From contig JABINT010000024.1 of the NCBI GenBank assembly GCA_018698075.1, forward strand, positions 1,929-65,928: DNA of 64,000 nucleotides, in the 5' to 3' direction. A program made the translations under genes and the position numbers. Below are positions 17,055-27,263 of this stretch, piece by piece; positions within the stretch are counted from its first letter, which is position 1; every line of letters begins with the position of its first letter. Below the pieces are notes generated by a model, which was not told the origin of the DNA, did no database searches, and was given only the letters and a program-made list of their open reading frames with translations. This stretch comes from Acidiferrobacteraceae bacterium (GTDB lineage Bacteria; Pseudomonadota; Gammaproteobacteria; Arenicellales; UBA868).

Positions 17055-19967
17055 TCACACGAGTTGTCGACTGATCAGTTCCCGAAAAATTCCAGGTGCT
17101 GTGCTAAGTTCGGCGAAAGTGCCGTGTTGAGCGACTCGACCTTGATCAAGCACAATCAGTCGATCAGCGTTTCGTATAGTGCTGAGCCGGTGGGCGATGA
17201 CTACGCGGGTGACGTGGCGTCTATCGAGTGCCTCGGTGACTATCGATTGGGTCCGGTTATCCAAAGCACTCGTCGCTTCGTCAAAAAACACCATCTTTGG
17301 CCGGGTTGCCAGTGCCCTGGCGATCAACAGGCGTTGGCGTTGCCCGCCAGAGAGATTTGTTCCGCCTTCGGCGACCACCGTATGGATTCCCATGGGCATT
17401 TTTTCGATATCACCCGCAAGTCCGGCATCAGCGGCTGCCTCCCATGCTTCTGAGTGGGTGATCTGCACGTGGTTCGCTATATTTTCATAGATACTGCCTG
17501 AGTTGAGGCGTCCATTTTGCAGCACGGTACCGATCTGCCGACGGACAGCGATGACATCCAGTCCGGCAAGATCTTTGCCATCGTAAAGTACACGCCCTTG
17601 CTGCGGTCGGTCGAAACCCAGCAGTAGACGAAGCAGAGTTGATTTACCGGAGCCGGAGTGGCCGACGATGGCCACGAGTTCACCGGGACGAATTTCCACG
17701 CTAACGTCGTCAAGAACAGGTGGGCCATCTTCATGGTACCGAAAGAGGATACTGTCCAACGCGATGTGACCACTTAAGCGCCCTGGATCCACAGATTCGA
17801 CGCCAACCTCAAGTTCGCCTTCAAGAATCGGTTTAACTCTCTTTGCCTTTACCATGGTGTCGATGATGCTGACGATGGTATTGCTGATAGCCGACCACCC
17901 CGACAGGTACAGGACAAACGCCGTGTTGAAAGCAATAAATGCCCCCATGGTCATCTTGTTCTCACCTCCTGGCTCAAGATCAATCACCAAACTGGTGCTA
18001 ACCCAAAACAAAAGCCCGGTTGCCACAGGTGACAAGGCAATGTGAAACAGGGCAACGGCATCGGCCAACTTATCGATGGTCATTTCCAGTTTGAGTTGTG
18101 GGGTGTAACGTGATGCCCAGTGACTGAAGGCCCGGTACTCGCTGCCGGTGAGCCGTAGTTTGGGTACGCTGCCGATTAACTCGATGACCATACCGTGGAA
18201 GGCTCCCGCCATTTCGATAAGTCGGAAAGAAAGGCGTTGAATCACATAACTCGAGCAGATAGTAATGATCATCACGATAATTCCAATCCAAAAGGCGATG
18301 ACCGCAAGATCAGGACTGTAGTGCCATAGCAGGCCAAAATTGAGCAGCGCCAGAATTCCCGATACCAGTGGGCGAAGTGTTGCTACCCCCAACTCCCGGT
18401 TGATGTCACTGACCGCATTCACACGGGTTTGCAGATCACCGCTGGAGTAAGATCTGAAGAACGATGGACTCAGTTGCAGGACTCGATCCCAGGTTGCTGC
18501 CTGGGCTGTCATTTCGCGTCGTATCCCCAGTCGCAGCGAGGCCATGGCCTGAACAAAGCTGAAAACTGTTCCTGCCAAGGCTGCGACTAACAACAATGCC
18601 GCAATCTCATAAAGCATTCTTCTATCGCCTTCGGGTATCGCAGTATCGAAAAGTATGCCAACCGTCCAAGGTACCAGCATGCCAAGCAAGGTTGCTGCTG
18701 TACCCGAGAGGATGATCAGAACCATATCGCGTAATTGTCCCCGCGCCGTAAACAGCAGTAACTGAAATACGTTAGTGACTTGGCGGGAGAGTGGACGATA
18801 GATCATGCATGCATCAATACAAAGTTGGCTTCGCAGTGTGTCGCTAAGAGGCTCCCGCTTGCCATTGGCATGAACTACATCGTAGGCATTTCGTGCAGGC
18901 AGTAAAGCCACGGGCTGTCTTTGGTCCTCGCCCAGAAAGCCAAGCAGTGGTCCAGAATCCCTTCGCCACCAACCGGGTGTCAGTGTGATCTCGCGCCAAC
19001 GAAGACGAGATGATCGGGCAATGGGTTCAAGCGGATGGGAAGCCCGCTCGACATCATCTGAGGCGATAGGAGGGGACACCTCAAATCCGATCTCCTGACC
19101 GAGGACCTCAAGAACAGTGAGCAAGTCGGAATCTCTGGCAGCAAATACCTGCTGTGGATTAAGTACTCTGGTGAGTTCAGACAGCGCTGCCGCAGTCTGT
19201 TGTCGCTCCAGGGAGAGCGCCTGTTTACGTCGCGCGAGTTCACGGGCTTCATCTGCCCCGCTTTGCCAGGCAAGATGCCGGATCAGGCAATCCTGAAGTC
19301 CGTCGATTGCCTCGTTAACCAATTGAGTATCGGCGATCAGTGAATCAATACCTTGTATTTCGATCTGCGCTGGACTTCCACCCGTAATCGCTGGAATGTG
19401 ATCGGGCCATATCACCCAGCCACAGGCGTGGTCGATTAAAAGATGGGTGTCATCACCCAGGTTGATCTGACCGTCCAGCACCCGCAAACAGTAGCCGCGC
19501 CCAGCAAGAGACTCGATGCTCTCAAACTCGGGAATCTCAACTATTCCTGGCGTAGCCTGGGTGCCTGATCCGGTTTTTGGCGCGCCACCGGCGAGGTAGC
19601 GACCCACATGCTCGGACCAGATAATGATGTCACGCTGTTTTTCCTGAGCGTCCTCAGAAAGGCTTAGTGAAGCCGTGGGGACCCGTCGTATTTCGGACGT
19701 TTCACTGGCAACCACCAGCATACCGAAGGCGGATTCTTCGGTACTAGGGTGAAATCCAAAAAGGGTGTGTCCCGCAGGGATGGTAAATAGGTGTCGCCTG
19801 TGGCCGGCAGGATTACCCCCTTCAAAGCGGGTACCGAATACTTCAATTGTGCCGCTTTCAACCTGCCAGGCTGTCCCCACCTGATCTGGAATCAGCGACT
19901 GGTTGCGTCGCAACGAAAAATGGCTTGTTGATTGGCGCGCCCCTGCTTGTTTGTCAATCATAGACAT
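17055..19967 (-). CDS. NHLM bacteriocin system ABC transporter, permease/ATPase without active peptidase, with N-terminal cNMP-like jelly-roll region
   Basis: WWRRDSGPLLGF, Walker A GHSGSGKS, LSGGQRQR, FDEATSALD, AHRLSTI; start may be ATG 19961 (better RBS spacing). Confidence 0.9.
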   Translation of the reverse strand: MSMIDKQAGARQSTSHFSLRRNQSLIPDQVGTAWQVESGTIEVFGTRFEGGNPAGHRRHLFTIPAGHTLFGFHPSTEESAFGMLVVASETSEIRRVPTASLSLSEDAQEKQRDIIIWSEHVGRYLAGGAPKTGSGTQATPGIVEIPEFESIESLAGRGYCLRVLDGQINLGDDTHLLIDHACGWVIWPDHIPAITGGSPAQIEIQGIDSLIADTQLVNEAIDGLQDCLIRHLAWQSGADEARELARRKQALSLERQQTAAALSELTRVLNPQQVFAARDSDLLTVLEVLGQEIGFEVSPPIASDDVERASHPLEPIARSSRLRWREITLTPGWWRRDSGPLLGFLGEDQRQPVALLPARNAYDVVHANGKREPLSDTLRSQLCIDACMIYRPLSRQVTNVFQLLLFTARGQLRDMVLIILSGTAATLLGMLVPWTVGILFDTAIPEGDRRMLYEIAALLLVAALAGTVFSFVQAMASLRLGIRREMTAQAATWDRVLQLSPSFFRSYSSGDLQTRVNAVSDINRELGVATLRPLVSGILALLNFGLLWHYSPDLAVIAFWIGIIVMIITICSSYVIQRLSFRLIEMAGAFHGMVIELIGSVPKLRLTGSEYRAFSHWASRYTPQLKLEMTIDKLADAVALFHIALSPVATGLLFWVSTSLVIDLEPGGENKMTMGAFIAFNTAFVLYLSGWSAISNTIVSIIDTMVKAKRVKPILEGELEVGVESVDPGRLSGHIALDSILFRYHEDGPPVLDDVSVEIRPGELVAIVGHSGSGKSTLLRLLLGFDRPQQGRVLYDGKDLAGLDVIAVRRQIGTVLQNGRLNSGSIYENIANHVQITHSEAWEAAADAGLAGDIEKMPMGIHTVVAEGGTNLSGGQRQRLLIARALATRPKMVFFDEATSALDNRTQSIVTEALDRRHVTRVVIAHRLSTIRNADRLIVLDQGRVAQHGTFAELSTAPGIFRELISRQLV

Positions 19968-22149
19968 CTACCTCACCAGCGCCCTCACTGGCTTGCAACA
20001 GGGCTGCATAGTGTTGGCCCTGTTGCCAAAGTGCCGCGTGGGTGCCGCGTTCTACGATTGCCCCGGCCTCCAGAACGATGATCTCGTCGCTGTCACGTAT
20101 CGTACTCAGCCGGTGCGCAACCATGATGCAGGTACAGCCACGAGACAGAAGTCTTTGGCCGATCAGGTATTCGGTTTCTGCATCAAGCGCGCTGGTGGCC
20201 TCATCAAGAACCAGTATGCTTGGGTTGTGGACCAGCGCCCGGGCGATCTCCAGTCGTTGCCGCTGGCCGCCGGAAAGGTTGGCGCCGCCTTCTATCAGTT
20301 GGCCATCGAATCCGCCAGGCATGGCAAGAATTGTGTCGAGTATCTGTGCATCGGTACAAGCGCGTATCAAAGTCTCTTCCTCGACGGTAGAGTCCCACAG
20401 GGTCAGATTGTCCCGCACGGTTCCTTCAAACAGGAACACTTCCTGACTGACGACTGCAAGCGACGCCACCATGAGGTCACGCGGGATAGCCGTTCTTTCA
20501 TAGCCGTCAATGCGGATAACACCAGTCCAGGGTTGGTAAAGGCCGCAGATGAGGTGAGCAAGCGTTGTTTTCCCGGAGCCGCTGCCACCAACCAATGCCA
20601 GGCGTTTACCCGGAGCAACGTTTATTGAAATTTCTTCAAAAAGCGCAGGCTCCAGGGGGCTGTAGCCAAAGCTGACCTCGCAAACGCTCACTTCTCCCCG
20701 GAGTATGAGAGGCCAGTCATCTCCAACATCAGCGTTGCCGGATTTCATCTCGACGGGCGCTTCGACATCTACCGGTGCTTCCAGCACATCATTCAGGCGG
20801 TGCAGATCACCTTCCAGTTCCTGGATTTCGGCCCCAAGGCTAACCAGGCCCCCGACCGGCGCCTGAAAACTTGCCATCAGGGCGGTAAAGGCAATCAGCG
20901 TTCCAACCGACATCTCCCCATCCATGACGGCCAGTCCGCCGATAAGATAGATGATCATGGTATTTAGCGAGTTGAGAATCACGGGTAGCATGCCCAGTGC
21001 TTGGGTAGACAGCTCCAGATCCTGCATGCTGTTAATTGCTTTGGTATAACGGCCCGACCAGCGGTGAAAGAAACTCGTTTCTTGTCCTGCCGCTTTGATC
21101 GTCTCCATGGATTGAAGGGCGGCAATCGAATCGCCACTGACTTTGCCAAAATCCTGTACGAGTCTGAGATTGGCGTCGACCCGTTTGGAGCGCAGCAGTC
21201 GCAGAGCCAGGAAACTGATAGCGGCAAAGGCGACGCCGATCAAGGTCAGTACCCAGTTGTAATAAAGCATCAGAATCAGGTAGAAGCCCATCATGACGAT
21301 GCTGAGGACGGTATCTGCGATCCGTCCCGACAACGTTTGCGCAAGTCCGTCGTTGAGGCCCTGACGAGATGCTATTTCTCCGGTGTAACGCTGTGAGTAA
21401 AACCCGGCTGGAAGTCGAAGCAGATGCCAGAAGAATTGACTGGCCATGGAAATGGCCAAATGTATCCGCAGGCGCCTGAGAAAGACGAATTTTGCGGCTT
21501 CTGCGAGAATCTTGAAAAGGACCGTAGCGCCCATGGCAAGGACGAGTGGCATTAACCAGTTAACTCGTTGTTCTCCAAGAACCCGGTCAAGAAAAATCTG
21601 GGTAAAGGCTGGCAGTACCAGGCTTGGGACAGTCAATAACAATCCGGCAGATAACAGGTGATGTATCGCTGTGCCAGAATGCTGCAGACGCTGATGCACG
21701 GCTTTGATCAGGCTGGGTCGTTCTCCTCCCTTGATGAACTCGGGCCCGGGCTCGAATGTGAGCGCCACCCCGGTATACCCTTGATCGAATTCGGCCATAG
21801 TCACCTTTCGATGGCCATGGGCAGGATCATTAAGGTAGACCAGGTCTTTTGATTGGTCGATTCCTTCAACGACCAGAAAATGGTTGAAATCCCAGAACAC
21901 CACGAATGGGAAATCCAGATTTCTGACCTCTTCCAGGCTTACCTTTAGCCCTTTGGTCTGCAGGCCGTAGCTTCTCGCTGCTTTGACAATGTTGGAGGCT
22001 TTGACGCCATCTCTCGAGACTCCACAGGCCGACCGTAAGGCAGTGAGTGGCACTACTTTGCCAAAGTATTCAAGAATGATCCCAAGACTTGCGGCACCGC
22101 ACTCGGTGATCTCCAATTGCAGCAAGAGCGGCGTTTTTATGCGCTTCAC
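19954..22149 (-). CDS. NHLM/NHLP family bacteriocin export ABC transporter, C39 peptidase/permease/ATPase
   Basis: KTPLLLQLEITECGAASL (Gln/Cys), CGVSRDG, FNHFLVVEG (His), YLNDPA (Asp), GGSGSGKT, LSGGQRQR; probable GTG start at 22149. Confidence 0.93.
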   Translation of the reverse strand: MKRIKTPLLLQLEITECGAASLGIILEYFGKVVPLTALRSACGVSRDGVKASNIVKAARSYGLQTKGLKVSLEEVRNLDFPFVVFWDFNHFLVVEGIDQSKDLVYLNDPAHGHRKVTMAEFDQGYTGVALTFEPGPEFIKGGERPSLIKAVHQRLQHSGTAIHHLLSAGLLLTVPSLVLPAFTQIFLDRVLGEQRVNWLMPLVLAMGATVLFKILAEAAKFVFLRRLRIHLAISMASQFFWHLLRLPAGFYSQRYTGEIASRQGLNDGLAQTLSGRIADTVLSIVMMGFYLILMLYYNWVLTLIGVAFAAISFLALRLLRSKRVDANLRLVQDFGKVSGDSIAALQSMETIKAAGQETSFFHRWSGRYTKAINSMQDLELSTQALGMLPVILNSLNTMIIYLIGGLAVMDGEMSVGTLIAFTALMASFQAPVGGLVSLGAEIQELEGDLHRLNDVLEAPVDVEAPVEMKSGNADVGDDWPLILRGEVSVCEVSFGYSPLEPALFEEISINVAPGKRLALVGGSGSGKTTLAHLICGLYQPWTGVIRIDGYERTAIPRDLMVASLAVVSQEVFLFEGTVRDNLTLWDSTVEEETLIRACTDAQILDTILAMPGGFDGQLIEGGANLSGGQRQRLEIARALVHNPSILVLDEATSALDAETEYLIGQRLLSRGCTCIMVAHRLSTIRDSDEIIVLEAGAIVERGTHAALWQQGQHYAALLQASEGAGEVDVYD

Positions 22150-22151
22150 GA

Positions 22152-23633
22152 TCAACCGCTTCCCAGGGTCGGCCGGTCGACGCTTAACCGGTATTTTGCT
22201 GCAAAGCGTGCAAATGGACGTTGACGACGGTACGTCACCAGCAGGGCTGCGGTGGTTCCGGGAAGAATCTTGGCATTGGGCCCGTTTTCGGAAGTCCACT
22301 GGTATCCGCTTTGGCTGCTCTCGCTTTTTAGCAACCTTATTTGCGCTTCGATCACCCGGCCCCCTGCGATCAACTCAGCAGCGAGTTGGCTATTCCCGAT
22401 GCTCTTTCTCACAGCAGCCAAAGAAACTGGAAACTGTGCAACTGAAACAATATTGCCAACCATACTGCCGTACCGCTCTTTGGGGTAAGGATCAGGAGAG
22501 ACTCTTATACGCATGCCAGGCTTAAGGCGTCTGCCATAGGTGTTATTGAAGTATCCAAGGACGACCAGCGAATCGGGCCCGACAGAATAATCAAGTTGCG
22601 CTATATGCTCTCCAATATCGACTTGACTGCCAGTAGCGATGTTCAGTTCAAGTACCTTGCCCCCACGTTGCATGCGGATCTCGCGGCCCTGTTTGAGTTG
22701 GGCTGCAAATGAGGAAATATTGCGTTCTATCTGTCTAAGGGCGTTTTCATCTTCCAATGTGGCTTCGAGCAATGCCCGGCGCAAGATAGCGACGCGGTTA
22801 TCAAGTTCATCTATCTTCAGCTGAAGTTGCGTTAGTTCGTGCTGGCGTGTTGACAGGGCGTTCCTTGCATTCAGGCTGCCTTTGGTTGTCTTTGTGCTCT
22901 GGACTTCCAACTCCTGTAGTCGAACATCTATTCTTCTAAGCTTGATTTCGCCTTGGTCAACATACCGCCTTGCATTTTGGACATTATTTTCAGAAACCAA
23001 TCCCTTGTTCTTCAGCTGAACAAAATTCTCGTAGCGCTTCAACAACGCTTCATTCAGTTCCTGGCGTACAACCCTGGCTTTTGCGAGTTTTTGCCTCTGG
23101 GCTTTTTGGAGGATCTGATTCTGGGAAGTCATTTCATCGAGAAACACCTCCGCCTCTGAAACGTAACTTCGCAGGTATCTAATTGAATCCCGCGTTAGTT
23201 GTTTTTCGCTGCTAGTGACGTTTAGCGCGAGTTTCAGATGCTGCTCTCGTAACTGTTGTATCAGGCGATTACGCTCAATAAGCTCTTGCTGTTCTGCCTG
23301 GGCATCGGAAAGTTTTCGCGAAATGTCAGGTTGATCCAGTTCAGCTACCACCGCTCCGGCTGAAACTATGTCACCCACATTCACCAGCCATCTTGAAAGG
23401 CGGCCGCTGGCGGTCGCTTCAAGTGGTTGGATGGCTCCCGGTGCGATCAGGATGCCTTGGCCGCGGCCATTGTCTGGCAGGCTTCCAAGAAATCCCCACA
23501 AGATCCCGAGGATGACCAGTCCGCCGACACCCATGACCGCTAGACGCTCTTGGCGTACGATGACTCTTAATGGCTCGTCCAGTTGCTCTGGCGAGCGCAG
23601 CCTTTCGAGCGACGCTTTTCGGAAGAGTTCCAT
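22152..23633 (-). CDS. NHLM bacteriocin system secretion protein (HlyD family), copy 1
   Basis: MELFRKASLERLRSPEQLD, GQGILI, coiled coil, ERYGSMVG, SGYQWTSENGP. Confidence 0.9.
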   Translation of the reverse strand: MELFRKASLERLRSPEQLDEPLRVIVRQERLAVMGVGGLVILGILWGFLGSLPDNGRGQGILIAPGAIQPLEATASGRLSRWLVNVGDIVSAGAVVAELDQPDISRKLSDAQAEQQELIERNRLIQQLREQHLKLALNVTSSEKQLTRDSIRYLRSYVSEAEVFLDEMTSQNQILQKAQRQKLAKARVVRQELNEALLKRYENFVQLKNKGLVSENNVQNARRYVDQGEIKLRRIDVRLQELEVQSTKTTKGSLNARNALSTRQHELTQLQLKIDELDNRVAILRRALLEATLEDENALRQIERNISSFAAQLKQGREIRMQRGGKVLELNIATGSQVDIGEHIAQLDYSVGPDSLVVLGYFNNTYGRRLKPGMRIRVSPDPYPKERYGSMVGNIVSVAQFPVSLAAVRKSIGNSQLAAELIAGGRVIEAQIRLLKSESSQSGYQWTSENGPNAKILPGTTAALLVTYRRQRPFARFAAKYRLSVDRPTLGSG

Positions 23634-23661
23634 ATCCGGGACTTAAAGTTTTATCAGGTCA

Positions 23662-24192
23662 TCAGTCCAACAGGCGCTCACGGATCTGTTCGAAGCGCTG
23701 GGCGGCTAGATTCATGCGATCTAAAAGTTCCGGTGAAATCTCCCGCCCATCATCTTGATCGCTGAGTCCTTTTTGCATACCGTAGGCAAGGGCTCCAACT
23801 GAATCTCTCAGTCTGTCGGCCAGCAATAACCCCAGCGCCCGATAGAAGCGACTGGAAAACCCCGCGTCTGTTCGCAGCCGCCCATCAATCCGTCGCTTCG
23901 CTACAGCCATTACAACTGAGTCTTCTAATGCGGTTACGGTAGCATTGGGTGGACGCGAATCCAACAATGAAAGCTCACCCACAATTTCGCCACTGCCGAT
24001 TCGGGCAATCTCACCCACATCCTCGATTGACACCTCAAGCTGCCCGCGCAAAACGAAGAAAATCTCTTCAATAGGTTGGCCTTGCTGGATTATTACAGCG
24101 CCTTTTGTAATATGCTCACGTTGCCCAGTGCTGATCAGCCAGTCTATATCCTGATCGGTAAACTCACCCAGCATATAGAGTACTTTTTTCAT
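23662..24192 (-). CDS. Cyclic nucleotide-binding domain protein (bacteriocin-transport-associated type)
   Basis: DIDWL, IIQQG, FFVLRGQLEV, GEIVGELSLLDSRPPNATV, GFSSRFYRAL; no HTH; first gene of the export operon. Confidence 0.85.
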   Translation of the reverse strand: MKKVLYMLGEFTDQDIDWLISTGQREHITKGAVIIQQGQPIEEIFFVLRGQLEVSIEDVGEIARIGSGEIVGELSLLDSRPPNATVTALEDSVVMAVAKRRIDGRLRTDAGFSSRFYRALGLLLADRLRDSVGALAYGMQKGLSDQDDGREISPELLDRMNLAAQRFEQIRERLLD

Positions 24193-24320
24193 TTTCTTTG
24201 GCGTCCTCTGTTAGGTAGCCGCACTCAACATAGCAGATATGGTCAGCGGAGTCCCTTGCAAAACCCATTTCGTACGTTACCAGTATAAACTGTACGGCGT
24301 ATATCCAGCAGGAGGTTGAG

Positions 24321-25643
24321 ATGTCCCACGTCTTTCCCCGTCATACCAAATTGTCACCGCCAATGGCTGTCGGGGGCGAGGGCTGCTATTTGATCGATGC
24401 TTCGGGCAAGCGTTATTTTGATGGCTCCGGCGGTGCAGCGGTGTCTTGCCTGGGCCATGGCGATCCAGAAGTTATTGCCGCCATTCAGGATCAAGTCGGC
24501 AAGCTTGCTTTTGCCCATACGGGCTTTTTTACCTCCGAGCCCGCCGAGAAACTGGCTGATCTTCTCATCGATCATGCACCAGGTGAACTCGACCGGGTTC
24601 TTTTTGTATCGGGCGGATCAGAAGCCACAGAAGCGGCTATCAAACTTGCGCGTCAGTACTTTGTGGAAAAGGGCGAACCGCAGCGACGCCATCTGATTGC
24701 TCGGCGCCAGAGTTACCATGGCAATACGCTGGGGGCGCTTGCGGTGGGCGGCAACGAATGGCGTCGAGAGCAATTTTCGCCATTGCTGGTCGATGTTACA
24801 CATATATCGCCGTGCTATGAATACGTTGATCGGCGCGAAAATGAAACGAGCTTTGACTATGGTCAACGCGTAGCCCAGGAACTGGAAGACGAGATTCTCA
24901 GGTTGGGCGAAGATTCCGTTATGGCGTTTCTGGCTGAGCCTGTCGTTGGTGCCACCGCAGGCGCTGTCCCTGCAGTGGAAGGTTACTTTAAGCGCATACG
25001 ACAGATCTGCGATCGCTACGGTGTGTTGTTGATTCTGGATGAAGTGATGTGCGGCATGGGACGAACGGGGCACCTTTTTGCCTGCGAAGCAGATGGTGTG
25101 GTGCCGGATATATTGTGTATTGCCAAGGGTCTCGGCGCAGGTTATCAGCCCATCGGTGCGATGCTTTGCACAACACAGATCTACGAGACCATCAAGAATG
25201 GCTCGGGATTTTTTCAGCATGGCCATACGTATTTGGGGCATCCCGTGGTGAGTGCGGCCGGTTATGCTGTTGTCCAGGCGATCCTCACGCGTAATCTTGT
25301 GCCACGCGTTCGCAAAATGGGCGACAAACTCGATAAAGCACTCAAAGCCCAGTTTGGCTCACATCCCCATGTGGGTGATATTCGGGGTCGTGGGCTGTTC
25401 CGGGCGCTTGAGTTGGTAAAGGACAGGGAGACTAAAACCCCATTTGACCCTACGATCGGATTGGCTGGGAAGGTCAAAAAGGCCGCTTTTGCGGCGGGCC
25501 TTATTTGTTACCCGATGTCTGGCACCCGCGATGGCAAAAATGGAGACCATGTGTTGCTGGCGCCACCGTTTATTTTGGAAGACCAGCATATTGATGAAAT
25601 CGTCTCAAAACTTTCGACCGCTCTAGCCGCTTGCCCGACCTAG
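24321..25643 (+). CDS. Class III PLP aminotransferase
   Basis: DGSGGAAVSCLGH, SGGSEA, SYHGNT, LILDEVMCGMGRTG, IAKGLGAGY, HGHTY; GGAGG RBS. Confidence 0.92.
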   Translation: MSHVFPRHTKLSPPMAVGGEGCYLIDASGKRYFDGSGGAAVSCLGHGDPEVIAAIQDQVGKLAFAHTGFFTSEPAEKLADLLIDHAPGELDRVLFVSGGSEATEAAIKLARQYFVEKGEPQRRHLIARRQSYHGNTLGALAVGGNEWRREQFSPLLVDVTHISPCYEYVDRRENETSFDYGQRVAQELEDEILRLGEDSVMAFLAEPVVGATAGAVPAVEGYFKRIRQICDRYGVLLILDEVMCGMGRTGHLFACEADGVVPDILCIAKGLGAGYQPIGAMLCTTQIYETIKNGSGFFQHGHTYLGHPVVSAAGYAVVQAILTRNLVPRVRKMGDKLDKALKAQFGSHPHVGDIRGRGLFRALELVKDRETKTPFDPTIGLAGKVKKAAFAAGLICYPMSGTRDGKNGDHVLLAPPFILEDQHIDEIVSKLSTALAACPT

Positions 25644-25891
25644 AGAGCTGAGTTTGTATCATTTTTTCGAATAAAATATAGGGTGCTGAAGAGGCATCAA
25701 AGAACTTTGTAGAGTAAAAACTAATCAATACGGTCCTTAAGGCGAAAACCTACTGTCAGGTAGATGCGTTTTTTGAACAGAGGCAAACAGAAGATGTCCA
25801 ATAAGTCGGAAAGTGACATCCCAGGCCTTCATCTTTCTGTCGTGCGACACGGGGTGTCGGGCCGATGAGAGAATAAAGGAGAAGCGCTCTA

Positions 25892-26593
25892 GTGCCTACA
25901 CTTAAACAGATTGTCCAAGAGCAGAATACGCCGTTGGGCCGCACCTTTGACGCCAGTATCAATTTTCTTATTATTTTTTCGGCGATCAGTTTTGCTTTTG
26001 AAACCCTCCCTGATCTTAATCCGGGGGTAAGAGGATTTCTCCATGGCACGGAAGGCGCCGTGATTGGAATTTTTACCCTGGAGTATCTGCTGCGACTTTA
26101 TGTCAGCGAAAAGAAGTTGTCCTTCATCTTCAGTTTTTACGGACTTGTAGACTTGATCGCGATCCTGCCGTACTACCTCTTTCTGGGTTTAGACCTTAGG
26201 TCAATGAGAGCTTTCAGACTGATCAGGTTAGTCCGTTTGCTTGGAATGGCACGGTATCAAAAGGCGATGAAACGATTTAAAACAGCATTCAGTATGGCAA
26301 GGGAGGAAATTGTTCTGTTCCTTTTTCTTACCCTAATCCTGCTTTACCTGAGTGCTGTGGGGATCTACTACTTCGAACGCGAAGCCCAGCCCGAAGAATT
26401 TGCTTCAGTTTTTCATAGTCTATGGTGGGCAGTGGCAACACTAACCACGGTGGGTTATGGCGATATTTACCCGATCACCGCCGGCGGTAAAGTGTTTACA
26501 TTTTTTATGATGATTATTGGAATGGGCATCATTGCTGTGCCAGCTGGCTTGGTTGCGTCAGCCTTGACAAAAGCAAAAGAAATGGAGGGATGA
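25892..26593 (+). CDS. Voltage-gated-type potassium channel (ion transporter)
   Basis: Selectivity filter TTVGYGD; S4-like RSMRAFRLIRLVRLL. Confidence 0.9.
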   Translation: MPTLKQIVQEQNTPLGRTFDASINFLIIFSAISFAFETLPDLNPGVRGFLHGTEGAVIGIFTLEYLLRLYVSEKKLSFIFSFYGLVDLIAILPYYLFLGLDLRSMRAFRLIRLVRLLGMARYQKAMKRFKTAFSMAREEIVLFLFLTLILLYLSAVGIYYFEREAQPEEFASVFHSLWWAVATLTTVGYGDIYPITAGGKVFTFFMMIIGMGIIAVPAGLVASALTKAKEMEG

Positions 26594-26882
26594 GTCACTT
26601 TTCTGTTTTTTCCGCCAGATGAATGCTATCACTGGTGTGACCCAGGGATTAAGTGGAGTGCATTGGCTAGTGGCAAAAGACCCTTAGACGCTGCGAAAAA
26701 GCCGGTCGATAACTGCAATTATTTCCCTGAACTTGCCCCGACTTTTTTGATTAGTGATTGGCGGGCACAGATTACGGACATCTGGAATATCGATTCGATA
26801 ATATTCCTCAGTCTAAACAGACTTACAGGAGCCATTTTGTGACAGTGGAGCAACGTACTTTCAGATTTAAAGGAAACATCGA

Positions 26883-27083
26883 ATGAAACTATTTAAAACG
26901 AAATTGTGGTCACCATTGGATTTAATCTGGTTTAAAACAACTACCGTTACGTTCGGCTTGCTGTGCGGCGCGGTTTTTTCTGAAGTACTTATGGAATATA
27001 TATGGCTTGTTGCTGTGTTGTTTTTTGCCACTTATATCAAGACTGTTCATTTTTACTATTTTTCGAAAAAAGGCGAGCAGTAG
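26883..27083 (+). CDS. Small 2-TM hypothetical protein
   Basis: AAGGA RBS, two hydrophobic segments, basic C-terminus. Confidence 0.55.
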   Translation: MKLFKTKLWSPLDLIWFKTTTVTFGLLCGAVFSEVLMEYIWLVAVLFFATYIKTVHFYYFSKKGEQ

Positions 27084-27208
27084 GTGCCAACTACATAACT
27101 GAGGTGAAACGCCACAGACGCTGAGCCTTTATTGACGCAGTGGTTTAACTAACCTCTCTGCCTTCGTACGGATAGTGGATCAACCGACAGGGCGACAATC
27201 TTTTGTAT

Positions 27209-27234
27209 AAAAAAGCCCCGCCAGAGCGGGGCTT
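27209..27234 (-). terminator. Intrinsic terminator
   Basis: AAGCCCCGC-CAGA-GCGGGGCTT with A run on the left (U tail on minus strand). Confidence 0.85.
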
Positions 27235-27263
27235 AAGATTCGCTAAGTTTTGATGACGCCGAC

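Noticed and set aside
16515-17453. 312-aa plus-strand ORF, and 19903..20628
   Set aside because: Antisense shadows of the HlyD/ABC genes with no independent motifs.
24271-24296. Imperfect palindrome CGTAC...GTACG between the export operon and the aminotransferase
   Set aside because: Not CRP-like and cannot be assigned to a regulator or to either gene.
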